Shown here one piece after another: positions 24,527 through 37,000 of a stretch of 64,000 nucleotides of DNA. The notes below the pieces were generated by a model, which was not told where the DNA came from, did no database searches, and worked only from the letters and a program-made list of their open reading frames with translations. The position numbers and the translations under genes were made by a program. The DNA is from Octopus sinensis. Lineage: Eukaryota. Every line of letters starts with the position of its first letter. Positions within the stretch are counted from its first letter, which is position 1. The DNA is taken from NCBI RefSeq assembly GCF_006345805.1, contig NW_021824954.1, positions 62,001 to 126,000 of the forward strand, given 5' to 3'.

Positions 24527-26460
24527 AGTGTTGCTAACTTAAAATCAGAATTTTATGCTAAATTTCAATGGAAAAAATACAAAAAAAAAAAAAATGCTAA
24601 ATATGACAAAAAGAATGCTGAAGACTAATTGTATGAAAAAGCTTAATTTTTATTTACTTTCTTCAATTTTATTCAGCAATAATTTTTTGAACTTCACTGA
24701 TTTGATTACTTTCAGCTGCAGTGCCTGGGTCTTGACTTCTGTATACATTCAAAGTCCCAATCTTGTTAATATGTGTTTTGGAATATCGAAGTTTTTGCAA
24801 CATTTGCCATACCTTTTCAGGCCATATTATATAGACAGTATTGATCTAAGCATAGGAAGATGCATTTTCCTTTTCAATTTTGATTTGATTACACCCATAC
24901 TACTGAACAACCGTTCAACGTCTGCATTTGAGTTTAGCAATGTCAATAGATTAATGGCAAAATTTGCAACATCTCCAAAAGGATTTCCTCCAGTAGCATC
25001 TTTATATTCCAAGACTTCCAGCTAGAATCCCTCAGTATTAGACGTATTTGTCCATTTAACTAAACAAATGTTATTAAACTGAATTTCAATTGAAGCAATT
25101 TTTTCTTCATTTAAATGCATTGCTTCTAAGATAGGTAAAATTAGCTCTTTGAAATGCTGCAAAATATTCTCTACTGAAAAACATTTGATATTCCTCAGTA
25201 TATTATTTCCTGGCAAACGGTGCTTGAGCTCTTCATAAAGGCAGAGTAAAAAATTTTGTGCTCTTTTGCAAATATTATTTTCTTTGGTGGCTGTTACAGT
25301 CTTCTTGATAATCATTTCTGCTATCTTTCTCTTGAACCTGTAGCCTAAATTTGGTTTAGGATCCAGAAAGTTTTCAATAGAAGCATCTGGATCAAGAGGA
25401 TCAATTCTACATGTTGGCAATACTATCATATTAGCAACAGATTTGATCAAATTTGAAAGATCTTCAAGTAATTTTATTCAAGCATTTTATTCAATTCCTG
25501 AACATGTTTTAGAATTGGATGCAAAAAATAAAAGGTAAAGTTCACTCCTAGAATCACAAAACATTTCATGTAACGTTTGTGCTGTAAAGCATTTTTCTTT
25601 TGTAGTTGTAGTTTGGAAGTGAGTTTGCAATTCAAACTATTGGCTTAAAATTCTATTTACTGTTGGTTCTATTGACAGCCACCTAGTTGTACAAGAATTC
25701 ATGATCTTCAAAGGCTCTTTATCATTGATAGTAAGGTGAAGTTGTTTGTAGGCATTTTGTCTTGTTGAAGAGGACCATTTATAGGTTTCAGATACTAAAA
25801 ATTCTAAATTTATGGGCAAACATTCAGCACAAGTGTGGGATACTGCCAATTGTAAAGAATGACATACACATCTAAATAGAAGTAATGATGGAACTTCTTT
25901 TAATTTCTGGAAAACACCATTGTTAACTCCTATCATTACTCTAGTATTGTCAGTTCCTATAGCCAGTAAATTTTTTATATCTAATTTCTTTGTCACTAAT
26001 TCAATTTTTAATGCATCTGCAATGCCATCTGCATCATATGTTTCTAAAGATACCATACTGAGATATGTACCACTTTTTTGTGAGTGTCACTATAATATAT
26101 GATAACAATTCCTAACAACTTGTTTATCCATATATCATTGGATTCATCTAAAAACAAGCTAAATTTTCTATCTCCTATATCAGAAATCAAATCTCCATCA
26201 AAATATGGAGCTAGAACATTTCTCACAATATTTGCACGTTTTGTACAATGCAACTTCACTTTGGATATAATATCACTATCAGACATATAATTCTTACATA
26301 ACTCTATTAAGTGATCACAGCTATTAAATGATTAGTGGCAACAAATAAACATTGCTAAATTTGCTTCAAGCATAAATGTCTTATCATTTTTGGTTTTAAT
26401 AAAATTGGTAAGAGGAATCATTTGCTTTGGAATTGATGCCTTATGTTTCTTTGCTTCACA
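24527..26460 (-). mobile_element. hAT-superfamily transposon relic (transposase pseudogene)
   Basis: Motifs in order: KFSLFLDESNDI, IGTDNTRVMIG, RCVCHSLQL (CxxH), TTRWLS, SNADVERLFS (dimerisation domain). Terminus cagtgttgctaac at 24527; the other end was not found. Confidence 0.85.
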
Positions 26461-26514
26461 GTGGCTTACTAAAAGAGACTATTTTGCCAACATTCCTTGT
26501 TTCTTTCTGTGTTG

Positions 26515-26550
26515 CTTTCTGTGGAAAAGCGTAGGCTCGAAACGTTAAAG
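26515..26550 (+). ncRNA. Minimal type-I hammerhead-ribozyme-like motif, degenerate core
   Basis: cttt CTGTGGA A aagc-gtag-gctc GAAA CG TTA aag. Same family as 63627-63664. Non-canonical position 6. Confidence 0.45.
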
Positions 26551-26554
26551 TGAC

Positions 26555-28305
26555 TGCAATGGACATGTTGGACAACATACAGGGGGCTTCCATGACATAC
26601 ATGGAGGCTATGGTTTTGGTTCCTACAATAAGGAGGGAACCAGGCTGCTGGAGTTCTGCGATGCAAATGATCTTATGGTTCGCAATACTAGTCACCTAGT
26701 CACCTACTGCACTGGCAAACACACTAGCCAAATTGACAACATCCTTGCCAGAAAAAGGGAAAGATGGCTGCTTATAAATGCCAAAACCTTCCCAGGTGAA
26801 GAATGTACCTTCAACATAGACTGGTAGTTAGCACTTCAGGATCAGGGCTAAATGGATGCCCAGAAGATGACCAGCATGGAGGAGATGGGTCTGGAAGCTT
26901 AAAGATCCTGCAAATGGACAAAGATTTAGAGACATATTACTTGAAGTCTTTAATGAAATAGAAGGGGATATAGCTTCATACAATGTAGAAGACAACTGGA
27001 GGTTTCTACAGGACAGCCTGCTGAGGGTCACTGACCAGATCTGTGGATGGTGCGAAGTCCCCTCTCGACCCAAAATAACGTGGTGGTGGAACAATGTTGT
27101 TGACAGGGCTATTACAGAAAAGAAACAGGCTTGGAAGGACTGGAAGAACAGTGGTAGCAAGGAATTGTATCAGACTGCCAGAAGGGAAGCTAGGAGACAG
27201 GTTTATTTAGCCAGAGGGAGAGCAGATAAGAAAAAATTTACCAATGTTCTGTGCCGTGAGGACCAAAGACTTGAGGTGTTTCATGATGTAGGAGAGAAAT
27301 GTGTCCACGTGGATGGTGGTTCACTTGCACTAAACGAGGCTGCAAAGAGAGGTTTGGAGACGCCACTATGAAAGGTTGCACAATAAAGAAAATAAACGGG
27401 AGTAAGAGAGTCTGCTGAATGTCGACTCAAAAGAGGGACCAGCTATCTGAATTGACAGTACCTTGGTAGATAAAGCAATTAAGAGTATGAAGACAGGGAA
27501 AGCTTCCAGCCCATCAGGAATCACTGCAGAGATGCTCAAAATATTTGGCGGTGTTGGCTGTAGCCTAGTCACCCGTATAGTTAACCAGGTGATACACGAA
27601 GGAGTCATACCCAATTACTGGTGTAGCAGCACTATAGTCAACTGCTACAAAGGTAAAGGTGACGCTTTAGATACAAATAATTACAGAAGTATTAAGTCGT
27701 TGGATCAGGTAATGAAGGTCATGGAGAGGGTCATAGCCCAACGAATTAGGGAGAGAGTCAGTTTAGATGAGATGCAGCTTGGGTTCGTGCCAGGGAAAAG
27801 CACCACTGATGCTATATTTCTGGTAAGACAACTGCAGGAGAAATACCTAGCCAAAGATAAACCTCTGTACCTAGCTTTTGTTGACATAGAAAAAGCCTTT
27901 GACAGGGTCCCCCAATCCCTTATCTAGTGGTCAATGAGGAAACTAGGGATAGATGAATGGTTAGTGAGAGCTGTGCAAGCTATGTACAAGGACACTGTCA
28001 GTAAGGTGAGGGTTGGCAACAAGTACAGTGAAGAATTCCGGGTAGAGGTAGGGGCCCACCAAGGTTCAGTCCTCACCCCCACCTATTTATCATAGTCCTC
28101 CTGGCAATAACAGAGGAATTGAAGACAGTATGCCCCTGGGAGCTGGTCTATGCTGATGACCTTGCTCTAATTGCTGAGTCACTATCAGAACTAGAAGAGA
28201 AGTTTCAGGTGTAGAAACAAGGATTAGAATCGAAGGGCCTTGGAGTCAACCTAGCTAAAACCAAAGTCCTAATAAGTAGGAAGGCAGACAAACCACAAAC
28301 GCCTT
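26555..28305 (+). mobile_element. RTE-clade LINE fragment (APE-RT) interrupting the hAT element
   Basis: HGGYGFGSYNKEGTRLLEFC, YKGKGDALDTNNYR, QLGFVPGKSTTDAIF, FVDIEKAFDRVP, HQGSVL, VYADDL. Confidence 0.88.
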
Positions 28306-29059
28306 ATCTATAATACATTAAAAGTCAGTTTGAATCTTGCTTGCTGACGCTTAATGGGAAAATACTATGAATTAAGTTTACCCTGAAATGTTAATACAAA
28401 CAGAATAAAAGAAGTTACATGCAAATCAGACAAGTGGTTTCAGAGATATTAGAGGTTTCCGGGAATAAATACTCAAAACAGTGCATAATGGGAAAATATT
28501 CTGAAAATAATCTTAAATCCTTTTTATTTAGAAATCTATAATGAACAGGTCAGATGCTAAACTGAAAAAATTCACAGGGTTACAACCTTAAAGTTGACAC
28601 CGCTCTGCTAAATGCAAAAAAATTCTGTCACACTATTGGCTAAAAATACCCAGTTTTTTCGATTTTTAATCCTCTGTAACATTTTTCTCCAATTTTTTTT
28701 CTCCACAATATGTTACTTTCAAATCAATGAGATTGGAAGGCTACATTATTATAGCCAGTTTTCAGATGTTTTAATGCATATTTTGCAAATGCAAAAAAAA
28801 CTAGATCCTGATTTCAAAATTGTAAGTTATTTTGTACAGTAAGTATTTATATCTTAGCCTTCATTTTTAATGTTTTTTTAAAAATTATTTTGAAGTGAAT
28901 ACCATTACCATATTTTTTTTGGCATATTTAAAAAATATTTTAAAGTGAAAATGACTTTAAAAATACAGTAAATATTTTGTAAAAGACCCATTTGTAATCT
29001 CAGTGTGAAATAGTTTTTTCCATAGGTTTTTTGAGTGCATTCAATGTATTTCACCTCCA

Positions 29060-29178
29060 AAGATTTGGCCGCTATTTCTAGCACACCCTGCTACCACGTA
29101 ACAGCTATTTACAATAAAGAACCTGAAATACCTGTTACGTGGTAACAGGGCGTGCAAGAAATAGCAGCCAAATCTTTC
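29060..29178. repeat. Imperfect hairpin with ~50-bp arms
   Basis: aaagatttggccgctatttctagcacaccctgctaccacgtaacag pairs with ctgttacgtggtaacagggcgtgcaagaaatagcagccaaatcttt. Confidence 0.8.
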
Positions 29179-29564
29179 CATTTCTGGGGAAAGGAGCTGC
29201 GTCTACATGTGATTTCAATGTCACATTCATTGAAAGCATGCAAAATAGCCTGGAAAAGAAAAAAATCCACAAAACAAAACTCCATTGCTGGGAAACTCAG
29301 AGTTTCCTGGTGACCCAACAGGTCACAGGTAGTCTAGTTGTTGCATATTTATGAATTTATAAAATTAAATATTCATTATTTTCCTCAGCACAAAGTTACA
29401 AACTGTAATTTGACTCGGATCTTGTTAAATTTCTTCTGATCATGAGTATTTCAAATTTTCACTAGATTATTTTCAAAAGATGTACTTGATTGGAATTATA
29501 CTTTATTGCCCTTCCTCCTCTGTTGAAGGCTGAAAGTAAAAGTCCGCTTCGATTTCTGGCAATG

Positions 29565-29750
29565 ATTTTTTCTAATTTTGGCACAAGGCCAGCAATTTTG
29601 AGGGGAGGGGGAAGTCAGTTACATCAATACCAGTGTTTGATTGATACTTATTTTACCAATACTGAAAGTATGAAAGACAAAGTTGACTTCAACGGTACTT
29701 GAACTCAGAACGTAAAAAGCCAGAACAAATGCTGCCCACTTGCTGCCTTT
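29565..29750 (-). mobile_element. SINE family A, degenerate
   Basis: Reverse complement of core and B box (gaaagacaaagttgacttcaacggtacttgaactcagaacg). Confidence 0.65.
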
Positions 29751-30394
29751 AGATATCTAATAATAATGGCTGGTAATTACTTCCAAGCATGGTTCTGGCT
29801 GTAGTTAATAAATTCACTCAGAGACACCAACTGCATAAAATACAAAAGAATGGGTGTTTCTATGCGAGTAATTCTTGGGGTATTTAAAATTACCACGGAC
29901 TAAAGAAAAATATATAACTGAAGTCTTTAGAAAATTTATAGTAATGGTTGAATTCCTTGAAAATGTGTTATTCATTTATTTTGTTATATTTTGTGTGGTT
30001 CAGAAGCTTGCTTTGCAATCATGTGGTTTAGGGCTCAGACCCACTGTTATAACCTCGGATTGACCAATCCTTTGTGAATTAATTTAGTTGTAAGAAACTT
30101 TTCCATGCTTGCATAGGTCAGGCAGAATTTGTCAAAGCAGATTTTTAACAGCAGGGTGCCCTTCCTGCTTCAACAAATTCCATCTGACCCATGCAAGCAT
30201 GGAAAGGTTTCTGTCAACCAAATTCATTCACTAGACATGTTCATGGAAGATTGGAAACAAACATCCTTGCTTGTATGGCAAGTTTTATTTATAACCATCA
30301 CCTGATCTCTAGGCAAAGGTATGCCCATATGTACATACATACATGCATACATACACACACATACATACATCATCAAGATTTATCAACTGATGCA

Positions 30395-32030
30395 GACAGT
30401 CATTGGAGTGTCACTCTAAATGCTTTCATAGTTGTCACCACTGGTATTTGTTCTCTGTCATGTGTTGTAGGTTTGCTGTGATGTGACCTGTCCAGTCCTT
30501 GATGTTGCCAAACCAAGATTTTCCCTATCTGCCTCTCTTTCACCCTCCCTCAATTGTACTCCGAAAAATGGTTTGGGGCAGTGGGGTTGTGTATGTACAT
30601 GACTGTACTAGGTAAGCTTTCATCTTTTTAGCTGCACAAGGAGTGGTTCTTGTCTGCCAGCTTATTTATTGACTTGCTACTTGGCAAAGCTATTTGCTTT
30701 GTGCTCTATGTATAGGATGTGCCATCTGAAGCACTTGTGCTCAAATGCCTGTGTTCTTTGCTCCATGTCAGCTGTAAGAGTCCAGCTCTCACACACATAC
30801 AGAAGGATCAAAGTCAGCAGGGCCTTGTACACTCTGAGTCTTGCTGGAAAACTAATGGAATTACTTTTCCCTGTGTTGTTCAGCTTCATCATAGCAGCAG
30901 AGGCTAAATTGAGTCTCGTTGTTATCTCCTTTTGAGATCTGCCATCCTTGGTCAGAGTGGATCCTAGCATGATGTTGGTTGCTGTGTTTTGGTTATTACT
31001 ATTAACCAGGATCATTCACTTTGGGTGGGTGGGTGTTTGGGTGTAGTGTGGGAGGGGTGATCTCTATCCCATATACTCCTGATTACATTTTCCAGTCTAG
31101 TGGTGAGCTCCTGTAGTTCTGCTTCACTGCTTTGTAACAGGTCAATATCATCAGCAAAGTGCAGGTCAGAAATGGGCCATCCTCTAATGGAAATGGAGGA
31201 GTGAAAGTCTTCTAGTATCTCCTGCATGATGTTCTCCAGGAAGAGGTTGAAAAGCACTGGAGTGAGGATACATCCTTAACCAACACTCACTATTGTCTTC
31301 AAGATTTCCCAGATGTTGCTCAGGAGAACTGCATTGCTTGAGTTTTTATACAATGCTTGGATTACTTTGATGAGGTTGTTGTCAAAGTTGTAATTCTTAA
31401 TCACCTTCCACAACCCATCGTGCCAAAAACAGTCAAAGGCTTCTTTGAAGTCAGTGAAGTTTTGGTAGAAGTCATACTGGTGTTGAAGATATTTCTCAGT
31501 GAGAAGTCTAATGTTAAAAATCTGCTCCACAGTACTTCTTTGTGGTTTAAATCCTGTCTGTTCTTCTGCAAGGATTTCTTCTCTCCTTCCCTTTAAGTCT
31601 GTTTAGCAGAATTCTTAACAATACTTTGCTGCAGTAGCTAATTAGGCTGCTTTTTTTTTATATTTCTGGTAGAATCTTAAGTTACCTTTCTTGGGAATGG
31701 GTATCATCAGTAATTGGGTCCACTCCTTTGGCCATTGCTTCATCTCCCATATCTTCTGACAGGTAACTGTTAGTGCCTTGATAAGCATTGGCCATCCATG
31801 TTTTAACATAAAGAAATTAAGAATATGAAGACAGCATTCCATTGTCCCAGTCGATTGGTCATATGCATTTGGGCCTACTTTGACATTCCAGTCTCCTAGG
31901 ATAATGTGGGCATCTTTTTAGGAGTCACCTTGGTGATTTTCTCCAGGTCCTCATAGACTTCCTATATGACATCATCATCATATTCAAGCATTGGTGCATA
32001 GACTTGTAGGATGATAATATTCTGTGGTCT
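30395..32030 (-). mobile_element. Degenerate RTE-clade LINE
   Basis: WPKEWTQLLMIPIPKKGNL, EQIFNIRLLTEKY, DFKEAFD, LHFADDIDL, LLYVCESWTL; APE remnants near 31850-32030. Confidence 0.85.
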
Positions 32031-32678
32031 TGTGGCCTTTACCTCCTGTGGTCTTGTGGCCTTTACCTCCTTTATCGCTTCTTAGGTAGTGTGTGTATTT
32101 TGTGGCCATGCGGGAGCACAACATTCTAGGTTTTAGTTGAATAAATTGACCTCAGTGCTTATTTTTTAAAGTCTGGTGGATGAAATCTGAAAGAATCCCT
32201 GTTTCAGAATCCTGACCTTTGATCAAGGATAATGGCAGTGGTCATTCTTCAGCAAAAGCAATATTTCCCTTGGAAACATTTCAACTCCTTTTAAAAATGG
32301 TCTTAGTTTCCCTGAAATGCATTTTGCGAGAAAAATCAATAACTCTCAGAAATACTGTTGCTATAGAGATTCTGCATCTCATCGATCAATATTGCATGTT
32401 CTGTTGCTATGGCTACCCTTAAATACAAAATGTGATAAATCATTGTCATCATCATCATCATCGTTATTATTATTTAATATCCGTATTCCATGCTGGGATG
32501 GAATATAGATATTATTTATTATTAGCAGATGAGGTGATTTTGGTATTTTACCTCTTTCAGAATTTGAGATTACTAAGTATCTGTATCATGGTGGTATTAG
32601 TGGTGGGGTGCAATGGCATTGCGTTGTGTATTGTTTTGTTGTGTGTATATATGTGTATGTATGTATGTGAGTGTGTAA

Positions 32679-32772
32679 TCTCTATATATAAAACTGAGAA
32701 TGTGTGTCTGTCTGTGTGAATCCCTAAAACTTGAGAAATACACAACCAATTTCATTCAAATTTTACACATGC
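32679..32772 (+). mobile_element. 5' end of non-autonomous Helitron
   Basis: a|tctctatatataaaactgagaatgtgtgtctg matches the 5' end of the complete copy at 40334. Confidence 0.7.
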
Positions 32773-35700
32773 GCGGATTGTGACACAGATCATTCACTAA
32801 TAAGAAGTAGGGTGAGGATTCTGCCTAAAAAAGTTCATCACTCCAAGAAAATGGGCTGACCACGCATTAACACTGCCAGCACCTCAGACCCTACACTGCG
32901 ACAATGTTTTGCTGTTTCTATTAAGGTTGCCCTCAGTAGCTGCCCAACCTCCTCTGCTGAAAGTAGGTGGAATTATATCAGGGAAGCTTGGTATACCACA
33001 TCAATAGATACTTTCGGCATGAGAGAAAGGCAAAACCCAGATTGGTTCAGTGCTGGGCTCTCAGAACTGGAAACAGTTATCGAAGTGAAGCATGCAGCTC
33101 TGATGCAACACAAGAGTGATTCTTCTACAAAGTCACTCGAAGAACTCAGAAAGGCTAGAAATAAAACCCAACTGACTGCCAGACGCTGTGCAAATAGGTA
33201 TTGGCAGGAAATCTGTCAGAGTATCCAGTCAGCTGCTGACAGTGGCGACACCCGTGGGATGTATGCCAGTTTGAAGAAGACCCTTGGTCCATCCGCAACC
33301 AAGTCAGCCCCATCTCAAATCAACTACTGGAGATCTAATCAAGGACCAAAGCAAGCAAATGGATGGAGTACTACCAGGATCTTTACTCACAGGAGACCAC
33401 AGTAGCTGAGGCTGCAATCGAGGGTGTCAAGATCTTGCCAGTCATGTGCGAACTTGACAGGCTGCCATCTATAGCAGAGCTCACCAAGGCTATTGACTCC
33501 CTAGCAAGTAACAAGGCTCCGGGAAAAGACGGCATCCCCTTAGAGATCATCAAAACCGGCAAAAACACCATCCTGCTTCGGCACCTTCATGAGCTTCTGT
33601 GTCAGCACTGGGAAGAGGATACAGTCCCTCAGGATATACGGGATACTAACATCATTACGCTTTACAAAAACAAAGGTGACCGTGGTGATTGTAACAATTA
33701 CCGTGGAATATCTCTTCTAAGCACTGTTGGAAAGGCCTTTGCTCGCATTATCCTGTCCAGGTTACAACTGCTTGCTTCTTGAATTTATCCAGAATCGCAG
33801 TGTGGCTTTAGAAGAAGCAGATCAACTATTGACATGATATTCTCCATACGCCAACTTCAGGAGAAGTCCAGAAAGCAGAAAATGCCATTATATATGGCCT
33901 TCATTGATCTGACAAAGGCCTTTGACTTGGTAAGTAGAAAAGGCCTCTTCATCCTGCTCCAAAAAATCAGATGTCACCAAAGCTGCTGAGGATCATCAAA
34001 TTTTCCCATGATGGTATGCAAAGCACCATACAGCACAATGGTTCAACATCAGTTGCCTTCCAAATGAAAAGTGGGTTAAAGCAAGGTTGTGTCCTTGCTC
34101 CTACATTATTTGGCATCTTGTTCTCGCTGCTGTTGTCACATGCCTTTGAGACATCAGATGATGGAGTGTTTCTGCACAGTAGAAGTGATGGGAAACTGTT
34201 CAATCTCTCGTGTCTGCATGCCAAGACCAAAATCAGAAGCGTCCTGATCAAGGAGATACTATTTTCTGATAATGCCACTCTGGTATCACACAGAAGAAGC
34301 CCTACAAAGGCTCATCAACTGTTTTGAGCAAGCATGTAGTGACTTTGGCTTAGTTATCAGCCCCAAGAAGACCAACATCATGGGTCAGGCTACATCGGAC
34401 ATCCCAAACATACATATTGGAGACCACAGACTACAGGAGGTGGAGAAGTTTACCTACGAGGGATGTTCAATAAGTAATGCCTCTGACCCACTTGCAGTTG
34501 TTTGATCTAGCTGAAATTTTGCATGTGCAATTATTTATATCTCTATAGAGTAAGTGGCAAATTACAGCTCTGAATTAATTGTGGTTTTTGATTTACAGGT
34601 GTTTGAACCGAGTCAAGTGTGAAATGGAGCCTGTTGAGTGTCGAGCAGTGATCCAGTTTTTGTATTTGAAAGGACGCACACCACGGGAGACTTTTGATGA
34701 AATGAAAGTAACTTATGGTGATGATTCCCCATCATATGACCTTGTAAAACGCTGGCATCATGAATTCAAACATGGTCGGAACTCTGTGGAAACAGCTCCC
34801 AGATCTGGTCGCTCCCATTGATGAGGCATCTGTCCGTCAAGTTGAGGCTGCCATTTTGGAAGATCAACGCATAATTATTCGCCAAATAGCCCATGAGGTC
34901 AAGATTAGTACCGGGTCTGTGGAAACTATCATTCATGACTATTTGCATATGCAAAAGGTGTCTGCCAGATGGATTCCCAGGTTGCTCACGCCTTTCCAGA
35001 AGCAAGAACGCGTCGAGTGCTCGAGGGTGAATTTGGATATGTGCCAAGAAGATGAGTCAACATTTTTCAAAAGACTGATTACACAGGATGAAACCTGAGT
35101 CCATTACGATGATCCAGAGACCAAAGCCCAGTCAATGCAGTGGAAGCATCGTGACTCACCCCCTCCAAAGAAGGCAAGGGTGCAGCCCTCCGCTGGCATG
35201 GTCATGCTCACAGTCTTCTGGGACCAGGACGGAGTAGTGATGACAGATTTCCTGACAAAGGGTACCACAATTGCAGGAGCCTATTATACTTCACTTTTGA
35301 GGAAATTAAGAGAAGTTATCAAAATCAAGAGGCAGGACAAGATCAGCAAATGCATCCTCCTCCTGCAGGACAACTCTCCGGTCCACAACTCGTGTGTCGC
35401 CAGATCAGAAGCACAGGCGTATGGCTATGAACTCCTCCCCATCCCCCCTACTTTCCTGACCTTGCACCCTCTGATTTTCACCTCTTCCCAATCATGAAGT
35501 TGTTTTTGAAAGGAAAGCGTTTCCCAGATGATGCAGCCTTGATTTCTGAAGTCACGTTGAGGTTGGAGGACCAAGCTGGGTTCTTCTACAAAAATGGTCT
35601 CCAGAGCCGCATCAAACGATGGGAGAAATGCGTAACTCTGGGTGGTTTCTATGTAGAAAAAGACTAATAACTGTGCCAAGTTTTGTTGCTCTACTGCTAT

Positions 35701-36482
35701 GGGAAGTGGGTCAGGGGCATTACTTATTGAACGCCCCTCGTATCTTGGCTCTACCGTCACCTACAACCTATCCCTTGATGCTGAGCTCAATATATGCATT
35801 GGCAAGGCAGCTGCTGTGATGGCCCAACTCTCCAAACGGGCATGGGACAACAATAAGCTGACCAAGACCACAAAAATGAAGATTTACCAGGCATGTGTAC
35901 TTAGCACTCTACTGTATGGAAGTGAGACTTGGACACTGTACACACGCCAAGAGCGTCGCCTAAATATCTTTCACATGCGCTGCCTCCAGAAGATCCTTCG
36001 CATCAAATAGCAGAATCATGTCCCCAACAAAGATTTCCTCAAGCAAGCAGGAATACTAAGCATGTTTGCACTCCTCACACAAAGACGTATGCGATGGCTT
36101 GGATATGTTAGCTGTATGGAAGATGGCAGAATCCCCAAGGACATACTCAACGGAGAGCTTGCTAGGGGCACTAGGTCTGTGGGAAGACCGGTCTTATGAT
36201 ACAAGGATGTTTGCAAAAGGGACATGAATGCCTGCAACATCAATATTACCAACTGGGAAGCAGTTGCCAGCAACCGTGGAGATTGGCAACGTACTGTAAA
36301 AGAGGAAACACAAAGGAGTGACATAGAGAGGGAGAGGAGAAATGGAAAGACAAGAAAAGACGTCAACAAGAAACTATGACATTACAACCAGCCAGGCAAA
36401 GTCTTCACTACATTTGTAGCACCTGCCAGAGGGAGTGTTTGTCCAGGATAGGACTACACAGCCACAGTAGGAGATGTATTAG
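32773..36482 (+). mobile_element. RTE/BovB-like LINE split by a mariner
   Basis: DCDTDHSL, KAPGKDGIP, YKNKGDRGDCNNYRGISLLS, GLKQGCVLAPTLF, LFSDNA, EVEKFTY|LGSTV across the mariner, LLYGSETWT, C-terminal zinc finger CSTCQRECLSRIGLHSH. Confidence 0.9.
34457..35740 (+). mobile_element. Full-length mariner (irritans/Hsmar2-like), transposase frameshifted
   Basis: TIRs cgagggatgttcaataagtaatgcc / ggcattacttattgaacgcccctcg with TA on both sides. MEPVECRAVIQFLYLKG, WIPRLLT, TQDET, LLQDNSPVH and a frameshifted PP.FPDLAPSDF (D,D34D). Confidence 0.93.
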
Positions 36483-36486
36483 GACT

Positions 36487-36745
36487 TCTTATTTTGTTCA
36501 TGTGTTTACATCCACTTATTATTATCATTACATATGCTTGTATGTATGTATGTATAACAACAATACTAGTAATAATAAGAATAAATCGAATTTTTTTTTT
36601 ATAATTTAAAAAAATATATTTAAAAATTTTTTTTTTTTTCGATTCGATTTATTCTTATTATTACTAGTATTGTTGTTATACATACATACAAGCATATGTA
36701 ATGATAATAATAAGTGGATGTAAACACATGAACAAAATAAGAATA
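36487..36745. repeat. Near-perfect ~105-bp inverted repeat with AT spacer
   Basis: 36487-36590 is the reverse complement of ~36645-36743, differing only in (TATG)n count. Confidence 0.9.
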
Positions 36746-36960
36746 AACAAAAACAACAACAACAAAAACAAAATACAAATTACATGAACGTATATAAACA
36801 GAAGATACAAATATTACAAGCATCCCCCACATACACACACTAAATAAACATAGACGCACATAGAGATATAAGCATGCGCAAATGAAGACATACAATAGAA
36901 ATACAAAATGGCTGACGGTTAGTAAGGAGAGACACAAATAAGAAAGAAGAAAACAAAGAA

Positions 36961-37000
36961 CCACTGATGCAGTCACAGGAGTGTGACGAAAGAACTCTGG
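36961..37000 (+). ncRNA. Minimal type-I hammerhead-ribozyme-like motif
   Basis: CCA CTGATGCA GTCACA-ggag-TGTGAC GAAA GAAC TC TGG: stem I CCA/TGG, 6-bp stem II, tiny stem III, NUH=CUC. One extra or altered core base. Confidence 0.6.

Noticed and set aside
28310-28660. Candidate far end of the hAT element (ctgtcacacta near 28630)
   Set aside because: Poor TIR match and no 8-bp TSD matching gtgtaggt.
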